Program-made: the position numbers and the translations under genes
Shown here: piece by piece, positions 1 to 10,805 of the stretch
Numbering within the stretch: position 1 is the stretch's first letter
Layout of the letters: the number at the start of each line of letters is the position of its first letter
Origin: Gammaproteobacteria bacterium
GTDB lineage: Bacteria > Pseudomonadota > Gammaproteobacteria > UBA4575
Direction: 5' to 3'
NCBI GenBank assembly: GCA_028279275.1
Contig: JANQOB010000006.1
Coordinates: 188,799 to 252,798 of the forward strand
Length of the DNA: 64,000 bases
Notes under the pieces: model-generated
Told to the model about the DNA's origin: nothing
Database searches by the model: none
The model's input: the letters and a program-made list of their open reading frames with translations, nothing else

Positions 1-363
1 ACGATCGTGTTGATTGCAGTATCAAAGTAGTCTTTCATGTTACTTTGCCCATCCGTGTTTGATTTGGAAATAATCTCACAATTTATGTAATGAAATTGAG
101 CAATAGCTCAGATAATTAATGATAATTACTTCAAAAAAGCCATATTCACCAAGCCGTAGTAGAATTTAATTGAATAACTCAACTATATTGCTATAAATGG
201 CTAAATGAGCTGGAATCAAACAAGCATACTAATAGGACTATTAAGAAATTCGACTGGTTCGCATATCGATTTCATACTGTAATTTAATAAGAATAAAAAT
301 GTGTAACACATACATTTGCGATCACTAAATAAAATCTAATAGAAAATCTTTTGGGAGAAAAAA

Positions 364-1551
364 ATGATCAAGCCGCATGGATCGGACACATTGATGCCTT
401 TATATATTGAAGATGAAGCACTTCGTAAAGAATTAGAAAAAGAAGCTGAAGGATTGCCTTACATAATCGTGAATTCTGCAGCGGCCTCAAATGCGGTAAT
501 GCTAGGTGCAGGATACTTCACCCCACTGAAAGGTTTTATGACCGCAAACGACGCAGTTTCTGTTGCAAATAACATGCGAACTAGCGAAGGTTTATTCTGG
601 CCTACCCCTGTTCTCAATTTGGTGCAAGATGTAAGTGTGATTGACGATGCCAAACGCATTGCGTTACGTGATCCCAATGTTGAGGGTAACCCCGTATTGG
701 CGATTCAAGATATTGAGTCCATCGAAGAATTAACTGATGAACAAATTAACAACATCACTGAAAAAGTCTATCGTACGACTGACCCCGAACACATCGGTGC
801 TGCAACCTTTATGTCTTTAGGTAAAACTGTTCTATCAGGACCTATTCAGGTCTTAAATTACAGTTACTTTAGTGAAGAGTTTAAAGGTACTTTTAAAACT
901 GCTGGTGAAATTCGTGACGAAATTGCGGAACGCGGCTGGAATACCGTTGTTGGTTTTCAGACCCGAAACCCAATGCACCGCGCGCATGAAGAACTATGCA
1001 AAATGGCAAAAGAAGCTGTCAATGCGGACGGGGTGTTAATTCACATGTTGCTAGGAAAATTAAAAAAGGGAGATATCCCTGCTCCTGTACGTGATGCAGC
1101 CATTCGTAAAATGGTAGAAGTCTACTTTCCACCTAATAGTGTCATGGTTACGGGTTATGGCTTTGACATGTTATATGCTGGACCACGCGAAGGTGTATTG
1201 CATGCAGTTTTTAGACAAAACTGCGGCTGCACACATTTTATTATAGGCCGTGACCACGCAGGTGTTGGCGATTACTATGGTGCCTTTGATGCTCAAACAA
1301 TTTTTGATGATGAAGTTCCAGCAGATGCATTAGAAATAGAAATTTTCCGTGCTGATCACACTGCATACTCTAAGAAATTAAATAAAGTCGTCATGATGCG
1401 TGATGCTCCAGATCACGAAAAAGAAGACTTTGTACTTCTTTCAGGTACTAAAGTGCGCGCAATGTTGGCTGCAGGCGAAGATCTACCAAAAGAGTTTGCC
1501 AGACCCGAAGTCGCTAAGATTTTGATGGAATACTATCAGAGTATAAATTAA
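364..1551 (+). CDS. sat: sulfate adenylyltransferase (ATP sulfurylase, single-chain Sat type)
   Basis: 395 aa; QTRNPMHRAHEEL and GRDHAGVG motifs typical of ATP sulfurylase. Confidence 0.85.
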   Translation: MIKPHGSDTLMPLYIEDEALRKELEKEAEGLPYIIVNSAAASNAVMLGAGYFTPLKGFMTANDAVSVANNMRTSEGLFWPTPVLNLVQDVSVIDDAKRIALRDPNVEGNPVLAIQDIESIEELTDEQINNITEKVYRTTDPEHIGAATFMSLGKTVLSGPIQVLNYSYFSEEFKGTFKTAGEIRDEIAERGWNTVVGFQTRNPMHRAHEELCKMAKEAVNADGVLIHMLLGKLKKGDIPAPVRDAAIRKMVEVYFPPNSVMVTGYGFDMLYAGPREGVLHAVFRQNCGCTHFIIGRDHAGVGDYYGAFDAQTIFDDEVPADALEIEIFRADHTAYSKKLNKVVMMRDAPDHEKEDFVLLSGTKVRAMLAAGEDLPKEFARPEVAKILMEYYQSIN

Positions 1552-1801
1552 TTTTAGTGAACCCAGAGATGGGCGAATGAAATTAGCTACAGGATGTTAC
1601 TTCTGATTAAAGTTAGCTGATACTAAAAATGTCTGCCTTGACCAACATGGGTGGCGAAAGCGTTGCTATTGCACTAACAAATTTCTGTCGCCCAATTCCG
1701 GTTGTTTGTGTATCACATAACTGCCGATGAAAAGCCTAAATTATTGGCCCAAATAATTTAGCAACCTCTTTAGAAATCACAATTTTAGCCGTTAAAGATG
1801 A

Positions 1802-2278
1802 TTGATTAATTTTCAATTACTTTGTCGAATTATGGATACTGCGATACACCAACTAGTTTACATTAGTGCTGCAAAACACGAGTTTTCAGAGGAAGAATTA
1901 CAGGATTTGTTAGTCAAGGCGCGTGATAACAACCAAAAACTTGGCATCTCTGGGATGCTCTTATTTCATCAAGGATCATTTATTCAAGCCTTGGAAGGTC
2001 CTAAAAAAGATGTCGAAAGTCTTTATGAAAAAATAGGTGAAGATCAGCGCCATACCGAGACTAAAGTGCTTTTCCGCGGTGACTTAGATGAACGTGATTT
2101 TGATGGCTGGTCAATGGGCTTCTATAGATCAAATCAGAGTTCGCAAGAAAACTTAGAAGGTTTTCATCGTTTTTTAAAAACAGGTTTTCGTAGAGAAGTA
2201 AAAGAGAATAAAAGCCTTGCACGTAAAGCACTTTTACAATTCAGAGAGGGAAATTGGAGACAAAGTGTAGAAACTTAA
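1802..2278 (+). CDS. BLUF-domain blue-light FAD photoreceptor
   Basis: YISAAKHEFSEEEL...GISGMLLF...FIQALEG pattern of BLUF domains; true start may be the internal Met at 1832. Confidence 0.7.
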   Translation: MINFQLLCRIMDTAIHQLVYISAAKHEFSEEELQDLLVKARDNNQKLGISGMLLFHQGSFIQALEGPKKDVESLYEKIGEDQRHTETKVLFRGDLDERDFDGWSMGFYRSNQSSQENLEGFHRFLKTGFRREVKENKSLARKALLQFREGNWRQSVET

Positions 2279-2423
2279 TTTAGTGTCTGCTTTGAGTAGA
2301 CATAAATTTTAATAATATGATTTGAATTTCCCAACCTATTCTAAATTTAGCCTATCTGACTTAAATCGATAGCTGGTCCCTTGACAGATATTATATTCAC
2401 ACACGTATTCGCTCACGCAAATA

Positions 2424-3188
2424 TCAAATATCAATTTCGATTGAACTTGCTACGCGTTCTTGCACGCGGTTGATAATTTCAGGATCTTCCGAGAAGATCA
2501 CGAAGCTGCCTTTTTGATGACTAAGTAGTACGCCTTTGAATTTGTCATCACCAATTTTTTCACGCTCGGGCATTTGCTTCCAGGGAATATACATAACCGT
2601 TACCGGCTGTCCATTTTCTGACAACACAAAATGTGGAGCTTTTTTATCATCGATAGGACAATTACTGGCGTAACGTATATGTCCAATACTTTCACTCACT
2701 TTTACACCATGCGGCGCAAGCATTTCATTGAATGAAGCGAGCTCAATATTTTTATCTTTGATCAACGCATCCTTATGCTCATATAAGTGCGCAAGAATTT
2801 GTTGTTCCAATCCTTGCGATTCACCAAACTTAAACATACCTAGGGACAAACCAACCGCTAACACTAGAGCAGCTGCAATTGACATCCATCTATAACCAAG
2901 TTGTGGTTTGTTATCTGATTTTTTAAAGGCGACTACATTGTCGTTTTGCTGCATGACATCAGCTTGTGCATCCTCACCACTCATTCTTTGTGCAAGTATG
3001 ATTCTAGATTCCAAGCCTTCTGGTACATCAATATTTATCGCTGATTTAAGTTTGTCATCAAACTGCTTAAGTTTTTTAGAAAACTCAGAATACTCTTCAC
3101 TAGCAGCAACTTGCTTTAATACATCCGGATCACGTGTATTCGGGTCGCTTATGAGTACTTGTTTTATAGTTAAAGAATCTTTTTCCAT
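2424..3188 (-). CDS. membrane-spanning anti-sigma factor (partner of upstream ECF sigma)
   Basis: 254 aa, single central TM (WMSIAAALVLAVGLSLGMF), immediately downstream of and co-oriented with ECF sigma gene. Confidence 0.5.
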   Translation of the reverse strand: MEKDSLTIKQVLISDPNTRDPDVLKQVAASEEYSEFSKKLKQFDDKLKSAINIDVPEGLESRIILAQRMSGEDAQADVMQQNDNVVAFKKSDNKPQLGYRWMSIAAALVLAVGLSLGMFKFGESQGLEQQILAHLYEHKDALIKDKNIELASFNEMLAPHGVKVSESIGHIRYASNCPIDDKKAPHFVLSENGQPVTVMYIPWKQMPEREKIGDDKFKGVLLSHQKGSFVIFSEDPEIINRVQERVASSIEIDI

Positions 3189-3208
3189 GCTTGTAAAATA
3201 ATTAAAAA

Positions 3209-3772
3209 TTAAATTTCAGTAACTTTACCTTGGCTATCTAGTTCAATTTCTGGACCATCATCTTCTAATATTGCACGTAATTTTTTTCGTGCACGAAATA
3301 ATCGAGTCATCACAGCACCAGATTTAATTCCAATAATTTCTCCAATCTCATCACAGCTGTAACCGCCTAAAACTTGTAATAGTAATGGCTCTAAATATTC
3401 TTCCGGTAAATCTTTTAAACTTTTACGCAAAGCGATGACCTCTGCTTTGGCAAAACTGTCATCAATTTGTGCAAATTGATCTACATTCACATCATCTATG
3501 GGTGTGGTATCTGGTCTTATCTTTTCAAAACGCCTGGCATTTTCACGACGATATATCGTAAATAGCCAACTTTTTACAGCGTTAGGATCCTTTAGCGAAT
3601 CCATTGCTTTCCATGCCCTTAAAAAAGTCTCTTGAACTAAGTCTTCCGACACTTGGGCATCTTTCGTTAACCACAAACCATAACGGTATAGATCCTTCGA
3701 GTAGGCGTTTACCATCGCTTCAAACTGCGAAGTTCTTTTAGCGTCACTATATAGACCGGAGCTTGCCATCAA
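3209..3772 (-). CDS. ECF (sigma-70 family) RNA polymerase sigma factor
   Basis: sigma region 2 (LVQETFLRAWKAM) and region 4 HTH (GGYSCDEIGEIIGIKSGAVMTRLFRARKKLR). Confidence 0.8.
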   Translation of the reverse strand: MMASSGLYSDAKRTSQFEAMVNAYSKDLYRYGLWLTKDAQVSEDLVQETFLRAWKAMDSLKDPNAVKSWLFTIYRRENARRFEKIRPDTTPIDDVNVDQFAQIDDSFAKAEVIALRKSLKDLPEEYLEPLLLQVLGGYSCDEIGEIIGIKSGAVMTRLFRARKKLRAILEDDGPEIELDSQGKVTEI

Positions 3773-3843
3773 TCCTTACAATCGTTAGGTGTTATTGTTT
3801 AGTTATAAAATGAGATTAAGAAATTTTTATATATTACTGATAT

Positions 3844-4716
3844 CTATTGCTTTTTACTATTATATTCGTATTCAACAAGCAAGCCTGGATCAATACGCTG
3901 TGTGTGCCAGTTCATGCGCCAATCTAAATGTGCGCCCGTTACTCTACCTGTTGCCCCAACAAGTGCAATAGTCTCCCCTTGTTGAATTCGATCTCCCACT
4001 TGAACCAGCACCTTATCAAGATGCAAAAAGGATGAAGATAAACGGTGACCATGATCTAAAACCACAGTCCAACCAGAAAAATACATATCACCGATATAAC
4101 TCACAACTCCAGATGCAGGTGCAACTACGGACGTTCCGACAGGGGCTGCAACATCGATTCCATAGTGAGGTTGCCGAGGTTGACCATTAAGGATTCGCTG
4201 ACTTCCATAAACGCCCGTGATCGGTCCTTCAGTCGGCCAAATAAACTTCTGTTTAAAATCAAGTCGGCCTTCATCGATGTCCCGTGCTAAACGAATCTCT
4301 CGTTGTTCTTGTTTTATTCTGACCAAGGTATCTGCATCAGGGTTCACTTGATCATTAGGCAATCCATCTATACGTTGAATTTCGTACTTTCGCTGAGCAA
4401 TCTTCAGTTCATGCTGCTTTGATGAACCGTCACTATAGATAACTTTTAAGCTAGTGCGAGAAGGATAATCACGCCCAAAACCTATGATGAAATCACCATC
4501 TGCTGATACTCGTACTGCATGACCATCTATGATCACTTTTGACCCCGGTGTGACTTGCCCAAACACCAATCCACCCTGTACAAAATTGCCATTTAGTATG
4601 AGTGCGCTATCTGCAGCTATCGCCGAAATACTTATTAACAAAGCTACTGCAAAAGACAGAAAAATATTAATAATAAGCATAATCACGGGAATATTTACTA
4701 TCCGCAATTTTGCCAT
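3844..4716 (-). CDS. M23/LytM family metallopeptidase with signal peptide
   Basis: HYGIDVAAPVGTSV...GWTVVLDHGH...GATGRVTGAHLDW motifs of peptidase M23. Confidence 0.8.
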   Translation of the reverse strand: MAKLRIVNIPVIMLIINIFLSFAVALLISISAIAADSALILNGNFVQGGLVFGQVTPGSKVIIDGHAVRVSADGDFIIGFGRDYPSRTSLKVIYSDGSSKQHELKIAQRKYEIQRIDGLPNDQVNPDADTLVRIKQEQREIRLARDIDEGRLDFKQKFIWPTEGPITGVYGSQRILNGQPRQPHYGIDVAAPVGTSVVAPASGVVSYIGDMYFSGWTVVLDHGHRLSSSFLHLDKVLVQVGDRIQQGETIALVGATGRVTGAHLDWRMNWHTQRIDPGLLVEYEYNSKKQ

Positions 4717-4848
4717 ATGGCTTTGAAACTAGGAAATTGAAGCTATCAAAGGCGATAGCATGGCTACCAGTAGCAGGTAGTGAGGATTTAAAATAGTTAA
4801 ATTAAATAAAGAATTCTAAGCGAATTAAGCTAACGTTTACGCGATACT

Positions 4849-5097
4849 CTAGTCTTTATTTAATTTCGCAATTTTATCCGCAATTCGATCACGAAGTATT
4901 ACTGTATCAATTCTAGAATTACGCTCTAATTTAGGTTTTTGAGCATTTATATCTTCTTTCATCCATAAATGATCGACATCACCAACATTTTGGTTTGCAG
5001 TGTCTAAATTTTTAGGCGTAGATGCAACGGTTACTGGTGATTTCTTACCAGTAACTTTCTCTAAGAAAAATTTTTTTCCCATCTCATTTGTCCCCAT
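4849..5097 (-). CDS. hypothetical protein
   Basis: 82-aa ORF only; basic, no recognisable motif. Confidence 0.3.
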   Translation of the reverse strand: MGTNEMGKKFFLEKVTGKKSPVTVASTPKNLDTANQNVGDVDHLWMKEDINAQKPKLERNSRIDTVILRDRIADKIAKLNKD

Positions 5098-5440
5098 AAT
5101 GTAGATCTATGGAGGATTTTACTTGAACTAATGCAATTATAAGTACCCATTAATCACATATACAGTGTCTCTTATCAGCGGAAAACAAATAAATCTAAGA
5201 CAATCATACGAATCCTATAATCTGAGTTCATCAATAAGGATAAATAAAAAAATCAATAATTTATTTTATATATCACTCATTTACTAATTTTCATTTATTC
5301 ATTTCAGTAGTAAATATTTAATTTGAACTAAATTAAACAACTTCTATAATTGAACAAATGCAAATTACATCAACCTAATATGAGCAAAATAAAGGGTTAT
5401 AAACCCCATAATTTCAACAGCAACAGTAGGAGGTAATCTA

Positions 5441-5626
5441 ATGATAGAAAATGTTGGTGAGACTGATCGCCTGGTAAGAATACTTGTTGGACTATTACTG
5501 ATTGGCCTAGCCCTCGCATTTGGAGGTGTTTGGTGGATCGGATTAATTGGAATCGTACCAGTATTTACAGGAGTTACCGGTTGGTGCCCAGGCTATCTTC
5601 CATTTGGAATTTCAACCTGTAATTGA
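5441..5626 (+). CDS. small inner-membrane protein, DUF2892/YgaP-like
   Basis: 61 aa; DRLVRILVG...GWCPGY pattern, good RBS (aggagg) upstream. Confidence 0.5.
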   Translation: MIENVGETDRLVRILVGLLLIGLALAFGGVWWIGLIGIVPVFTGVTGWCPGYLPFGISTCN

Positions 5627-5730
5627 CAACGTTAGTCATCTAAAGTCGACAAATCGCTTGAAAAAAACCGAGAATATAGCCCCCTGACTATAGTTTCTGC
5701 TTGAATTAGTACAAGCAAGCACATGGAAGA

Positions 5731-6294
5731 ATGGCTTTAAATACAGAACAATTTCGCGACTATCTTGAAAGCGAGTACCCAATCGATGTTTTGAGCATTT
5801 TCATCGATCGTGCTGGCGTGCGAATTCAGTATCGTGAACAACTCGGTGACGGTCAAATTGATCGGCAACTTCGCAAAGCCCATATCAAAGAATCTGCAGA
5901 AACTTTTATTAAAAAGGCAGCTTATATGGATGCCCAGTTAGATCGTAATAGTGAAATGATGATGCAGTTAAGTACAGGTAGTGTAGATATTACTGTTCAA
6001 CGTGTGAGTAACAAATCTGAAATAAACTCAAGTAGTGAGTATCGATTACGTCAAGATACAGTGCGCAGTTCTGAACAACAATATATATTTGCTACAAAAT
6101 TCTATCCATTAGTCTGTAAGGACGAAGCAGATATTACGGCTCAAACGCTAAGAGAGCATGTATGCAGTGATGACGAAAAAAAATATATATTAGAGGTACA
6201 ACTATTGAGTGCTTCTGAACATTACTCGTCGATTGCAAGATTTCACACCGCAGAATCTTATTCTACAATTATGGGGCTTGAAACATTAGGCTGA
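5731..6294 (+). CDS. hypothetical protein
   Basis: 187-aa ORF, no recognisable motif. Confidence 0.4.
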   Translation: MALNTEQFRDYLESEYPIDVLSIFIDRAGVRIQYREQLGDGQIDRQLRKAHIKESAETFIKKAAYMDAQLDRNSEMMMQLSTGSVDITVQRVSNKSEINSSSEYRLRQDTVRSSEQQYIFATKFYPLVCKDEADITAQTLREHVCSDDEKKYILEVQLLSASEHYSSIARFHTAESYSTIMGLETLG

Positions 6295-6323
6295 CGAATT
6301 TATACGTTAGCTTTAACAATAAA

Positions 6324-9230
6324 TTATCTTCCACCCGCAGCAAAAAGCTTACGCATTTTTGGCGTTATTACCTTAAACTGCGAAGATTCAAAAAATTCTA
6401 GTATGGGTTCAGGTCTACCTGCGTGGAATCCTTGCGCAAAATCCACACCGATTTCTTTTAATGTTTCTAGAATTTCTTCATTCTCAACATACTCAGCGAT
6501 AGTTTGTTTGCCGAGCACATGACCCATATCATTAATAGCTTTGACCATCGCACGACTTACATCATCACGGTGAATATCTTTTACAAACATACCGTCTATT
6601 TTTAGAAAATCAACCGGAAGAGTTTTTAGATATGCAAATGAAGAAAGTCCTGCACCAAAATCGTCTAGAGCAAAATAGCAGCCTAAGTCTTTAAGTTTTT
6701 GTACAAATGAAGTAGCTTGATCTAGATTGGCAATAGCTGCAGTCTCAGTAATTTCAAAACATATTTTACTTGGATCAATCTGATATTCTTTCAACTTAGC
6801 CATAATAAATGGTAAAAAGCCTTCAGATACTAATGACTGACCTGACAGATTTATTGAGCACTTGTCAATTTGCGATAACACATCCCTGTTATCAGATAAT
6901 TGCAGTAACACTTTATCCAGTATCCACCGATCTAGCTTAGGAGCACGATTGTAACGCTCTACAGCTGGTAAAAATGCATTAGGTGGAACTAACCGTCCAT
7001 TGTCATCTTCCATTCTTATTAAAATTTCAAAGCCATTTTTATCTATTTCAATATCTTTATTCGCCTTAATATTTATAATTGACTGTGCAGTAACAACCAA
7101 ACGTCCTTCATTTAAGGCTTTATCAAAACGTTGCAACCAACGCTCTTGCCCTCTTCGCCGATTTATATTTTCATCACCTTCTCTGAATACTCGCACACAA
7201 TTTCGGCCTGACTCCTTTGCTAAATAACATGCGCTATCTACTGCGGATAATGCGTAAGAAAGGTCAAAACATTTTTGATTAACTTCGGCAACACCAATAC
7301 TTGCTTCTACATTGAAACTTTTCTGCTCCCAAATAAATTTATATTCTTGAATAGAATTTAAAATCTCATGCGCTTTTTCTTCCGCTTGATCTAACGAACA
7401 TTCAGGTAACAACAGCGCAAATTCATCGCCTCCTAAACGCGCAAGAATATCGCTACCTCTTAATTTACTCTTTACTAAATTACTAAATTGAATTAATAGT
7501 TCATCACCTGCGGCATGTCCATACAAATCATTAACCATTTTAAATCTGTCAAGATCCAAATATATTAATGAACTTTTCTTATGCTTTGTTTTGGCATTTA
7601 GAATGGCTTTACGTACGTTGCGCTCAAACTCTGATCGATTAATTAAACTCGTCAACGAATCATGACTTGCTTGGTAACGTAATCGTCTAGCTAGCAAACG
7701 TAAATTGGTAACATCATTCATTACAGTTACAGCACCATATAACTTACCCGATTGTGATATCAATGGTGTCACCATCAGCTGCACAGTGTACTTAGTACCT
7801 GTTTTCGTAACGATATCAGCATTTAATTTTTGATTTTTCTTCAGATTGCCCGATAAACAGGAAAGAATCGGATTCTCTATTTTTTCATCTGATTCTTCTT
7901 CATACAGGTCTATAACATTTTCAATATGTTTACCACGCGCATATTCTTCAGAACAATTTAGAAATCTTGCCGCTGCCTGGTTTATATATTGAACTTCACC
8001 ACGTTCATTAGTTGTTATTACAGCGTCTACAATTGATCGTAGCGTTGCCACAACCTTATCTTTTTCTTCTGCTAGTTGGACCTGCGCCTGTTTTTGAAGA
8101 TGAATATCACTAATTGAACCAACAACTTTTTTTGCATTACCGGTATAGTCGTAGTCAGCTGTTCCTCTGATGACGAACCACCGATAACCTTTTTTCTTTA
8201 CAGCAATACGTGCCTCTACAATAAACTGCTTACCTTTATCGTTAATCAATCTTGACCATGCATTTGCAAATATTTCACGATCTTCCGGATGTATCAAACG
8301 CTGTAATTGAGATAACCCAATTTTACTCTCGTCAACTTTAAGCCCAAGCAGTTCATACATGGGTTGCGACCACCATTCAGAACCCTCCAAACCCGCCTGC
8401 CATTCCCATATTCCTTCTTGTGCACCTTGAATTACATTTTGGAATTTATTTTCACTTTCTAGTAGTGCAGCTTCGGTTTGTGAGCCTGAAGTATAATCAG
8501 TAAATGTCCAGATAAGAAATGAGCCTTCTAATTTACGAATTAGTTTGATATTAACTTGCAACCACTTTTCATCTTTGTCCCAGCGACTATTGTTTGTCCC
8601 GCGCGCAGAAACCTTAAGATCTCTAACAAAGCCCTTCTCAATAAGTAACTGGTTAATTTTTTTAATCGTATTAGTATTTGCAAACACTTCACGAAGTTTA
8701 GTTTGGTTTTCAGTACCAGGAATAATGTTTAAAATACGACATGCTATTTGATTTATATATCTAATCTCATCACTGTTATTCTCAGTTACACAAACGGCAA
8801 CTGGTACAGAATCGATAAAATTAGACCAACCTTCAATAGATACTACACTTTTATCAATTTCACTTTGTTTATTTTGGACATAGTTAATACTTTCAATTCG
8901 TATAACTTTACTTCTCTGATCCAAATAGTACTTCCACTCAAAATCAAAGCCATAAATATGATTTGCGGAAACCACAACGTCTCCACTATGAAGAGCACGA
9001 CTCACAAGTTCAAAATGATCGTCTGGTAAAAGGCGGTTAACTTTTGGCGCGTTTACAGATTTCGCTAAATCTCTTGCTGCTTTATTTGCTTCGATGATTC
9101 TTCCATCAAAGCGACACATCAACTCAATAGGCACTACTCCTTCTGTCCTGCTTGCAGACAAATCAGATGTGGGCATTGAATTGCCACCTAACTTTGATGT
9201 TTTAATTGACACGGCTATATCTAGGACCAT
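6324..9230 (-). CDS. PAS/PAC-GGDEF-EAL c-di-GMP signalling protein
   Basis: 968 aa; RLGGDEFALL (GGDEF), EITET and FALDDFGAG (EAL) motifs, multiple PAS-like regions N-terminal. Confidence 0.9.
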   Translation of the reverse strand: MVLDIAVSIKTSKLGGNSMPTSDLSASRTEGVVPIELMCRFDGRIIEANKAARDLAKSVNAPKVNRLLPDDHFELVSRALHSGDVVVSANHIYGFDFEWKYYLDQRSKVIRIESINYVQNKQSEIDKSVVSIEGWSNFIDSVPVAVCVTENNSDEIRYINQIACRILNIIPGTENQTKLREVFANTNTIKKINQLLIEKGFVRDLKVSARGTNNSRWDKDEKWLQVNIKLIRKLEGSFLIWTFTDYTSGSQTEAALLESENKFQNVIQGAQEGIWEWQAGLEGSEWWSQPMYELLGLKVDESKIGLSQLQRLIHPEDREIFANAWSRLINDKGKQFIVEARIAVKKKGYRWFVIRGTADYDYTGNAKKVVGSISDIHLQKQAQVQLAEEKDKVVATLRSIVDAVITTNERGEVQYINQAAARFLNCSEEYARGKHIENVIDLYEEESDEKIENPILSCLSGNLKKNQKLNADIVTKTGTKYTVQLMVTPLISQSGKLYGAVTVMNDVTNLRLLARRLRYQASHDSLTSLINRSEFERNVRKAILNAKTKHKKSSLIYLDLDRFKMVNDLYGHAAGDELLIQFSNLVKSKLRGSDILARLGGDEFALLLPECSLDQAEEKAHEILNSIQEYKFIWEQKSFNVEASIGVAEVNQKCFDLSYALSAVDSACYLAKESGRNCVRVFREGDENINRRRGQERWLQRFDKALNEGRLVVTAQSIINIKANKDIEIDKNGFEILIRMEDDNGRLVPPNAFLPAVERYNRAPKLDRWILDKVLLQLSDNRDVLSQIDKCSINLSGQSLVSEGFLPFIMAKLKEYQIDPSKICFEITETAAIANLDQATSFVQKLKDLGCYFALDDFGAGLSSFAYLKTLPVDFLKIDGMFVKDIHRDDVSRAMVKAINDMGHVLGKQTIAEYVENEEILETLKEIGVDFAQGFHAGRPEPILEFFESSQFKVITPKMRKLFAAGGR

Positions 9231-10001
9231 GTGTAGAGACTGAGATCAATGGTATGAATCACCCATAGACACAGAAACCTAACTGGATTAAGTCCTTTTA
9301 CTCCAACTCCAATGTATTGATTCAGAGTAAAATTTTAGCGCTTTCAATGAGAAAAACAGTGACCGAGTAGAACGAGTGAAGCATTTGGCTTATTAACTGT
9401 GGATTGAGGAATACCATAAATTTTGCTCAAAATCCTAATTTTTGCCATATATACAATAAGTTATATTATTTTCACCAAAATATTGGATTTAGCATATATT
9501 TTACTGTCAGCTTGATGATTACCTCATAAAATGAGAAGTCTCCTAGCATAAATAAATTTTGATTCTCGCTTAATCCGAGCATGAGTTTCTTGAAATCTAT
9601 AATTAAAAATGAGCATATAGATTATTTTTTGGCGGATGAGTACTTGTAATAGGCCAATCTGGTAATAACTTTATACATGCTTTGACTAGAACATCAGCGA
9701 GTCTGTGGTTAGTTCTGACGAACATGCTAATTAGCTTCAATTTAATGCTACTTATTTATTAAGAAAAATCGTCAATTATTAAGCTATAAATACCTGAATT
9801 AATGGTGTACAGGGCATGTAGAACCTCTCTGAAAGATATAGATTAACCTTCATTATTGGATGTACTGTTATATGCAATAAGACATTTTATGCCTAAAATA
9901 TTCGACTTAGTGGCCGAAAACGTTATGATGCAAACTAGAATTTTAAATGCGGCCGACATGTAATAGCTGCTATACAACCCTCACTTATAGGAGAATGAAA
10001 T

Positions 10002-10334
10002 ATGTTTGGATTAGGTGGGAAAAATAAGGACTTCAATGTAACAATCAAAAATACGGGTCAGACATTTGAAGTTAAAGGCGGTATCAACCTTTTACAAGCA
10101 GCTAAAAATGCTGGTATTGACTGGCCCTGCGATTGCAAAGTTGGCTCATGCGGTTCATGTCGCGCTAAATTAATTAGTGGCAAAGTAAAAGAGTTAACCG
10201 ATTTTGCATATACCTTAGATGCCGATATGCTAAAAGAAAACTATATTCTTGCATGCCAATCGCGTCTGAAAACTGATTTAGAAGTTGAAGTAGATTTTGA
10301 TCAAGGAGCTATCAATCCTGACTATAAATCTTAA
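10002..10334 (+). CDS. 2Fe-2S ferredoxin (plant type)
   Basis: CDCKVGSCGSCRAK...ACQ cysteine pattern; 110 aa. Confidence 0.8.
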   Translation: MFGLGGKNKDFNVTIKNTGQTFEVKGGINLLQAAKNAGIDWPCDCKVGSCGSCRAKLISGKVKELTDFAYTLDADMLKENYILACQSRLKTDLEVEVDFDQGAINPDYKS

Positions 10335-10355
10335 GCAAATTCTTTACTATAAAAA

Positions 10356-10388
10356 AGCGTGACAAGTTTCTTGTCACGCTTTTTTATT
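10356..10388 (+). terminator. rho-independent terminator after ferredoxin gene
   Basis: AGCGTGACAAG-TTT-CTTGTCACGCT followed by TTTTTT. Confidence 0.7.
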
Positions 10389-10805
10389 GCGTGAATGATT
10401 TAAAATTTCAATTGAAGAATGTTGTTTTGGAACAACATATAAACCTGGAACGAAATTGCATATAACACCATATAGTGTTTAATAGGCTGCTCTATTGGAG
10501 ATTTCTGTACAATAGCTTTTTCTCAATTCAAAAAATTTAGCCTTCCTCCTTTTTATGTACTTACTCTAGCAATTGTTAATGGTCTAATTACAAGCATATT
10601 ATTACAAACTTATATACTCAGCCGTAGAGGCATGGAGTTCATACAAGCATTAAATAATGCTTTAGGAATGAGTTTTATCGATGATTACAATGGAGGCTGC
10701 TATTAATATCACCGATTATTATTTAACCTACGGTGCGAAATTGACTTGGTGGGTAGTGCCCATAATGCTTTTAGTAGGGTTTTTAACTCCATAGCCATAT
10801 AATTA

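Noticed and set aside
459..677. Antisense or embedded short ORFs inside strong genes (e.g. 459-677, 2908-3201, 7000-7227, 8545-9029, 12422-12673, 13955-14305, 21679-22075, 23694-24010, 25169-25414, 26708-26959, 29533-29949, 30827-31150, 37495-38172, 39411-39725, 43780-44190, 45456-45875, 56306-56575, 59249-60364, 63428-63610)
   Set aside because: Each lies wholly within, and opposite or out of frame to, a longer ORF with clear family motifs. Low-complexity translations; treated as non-coding.
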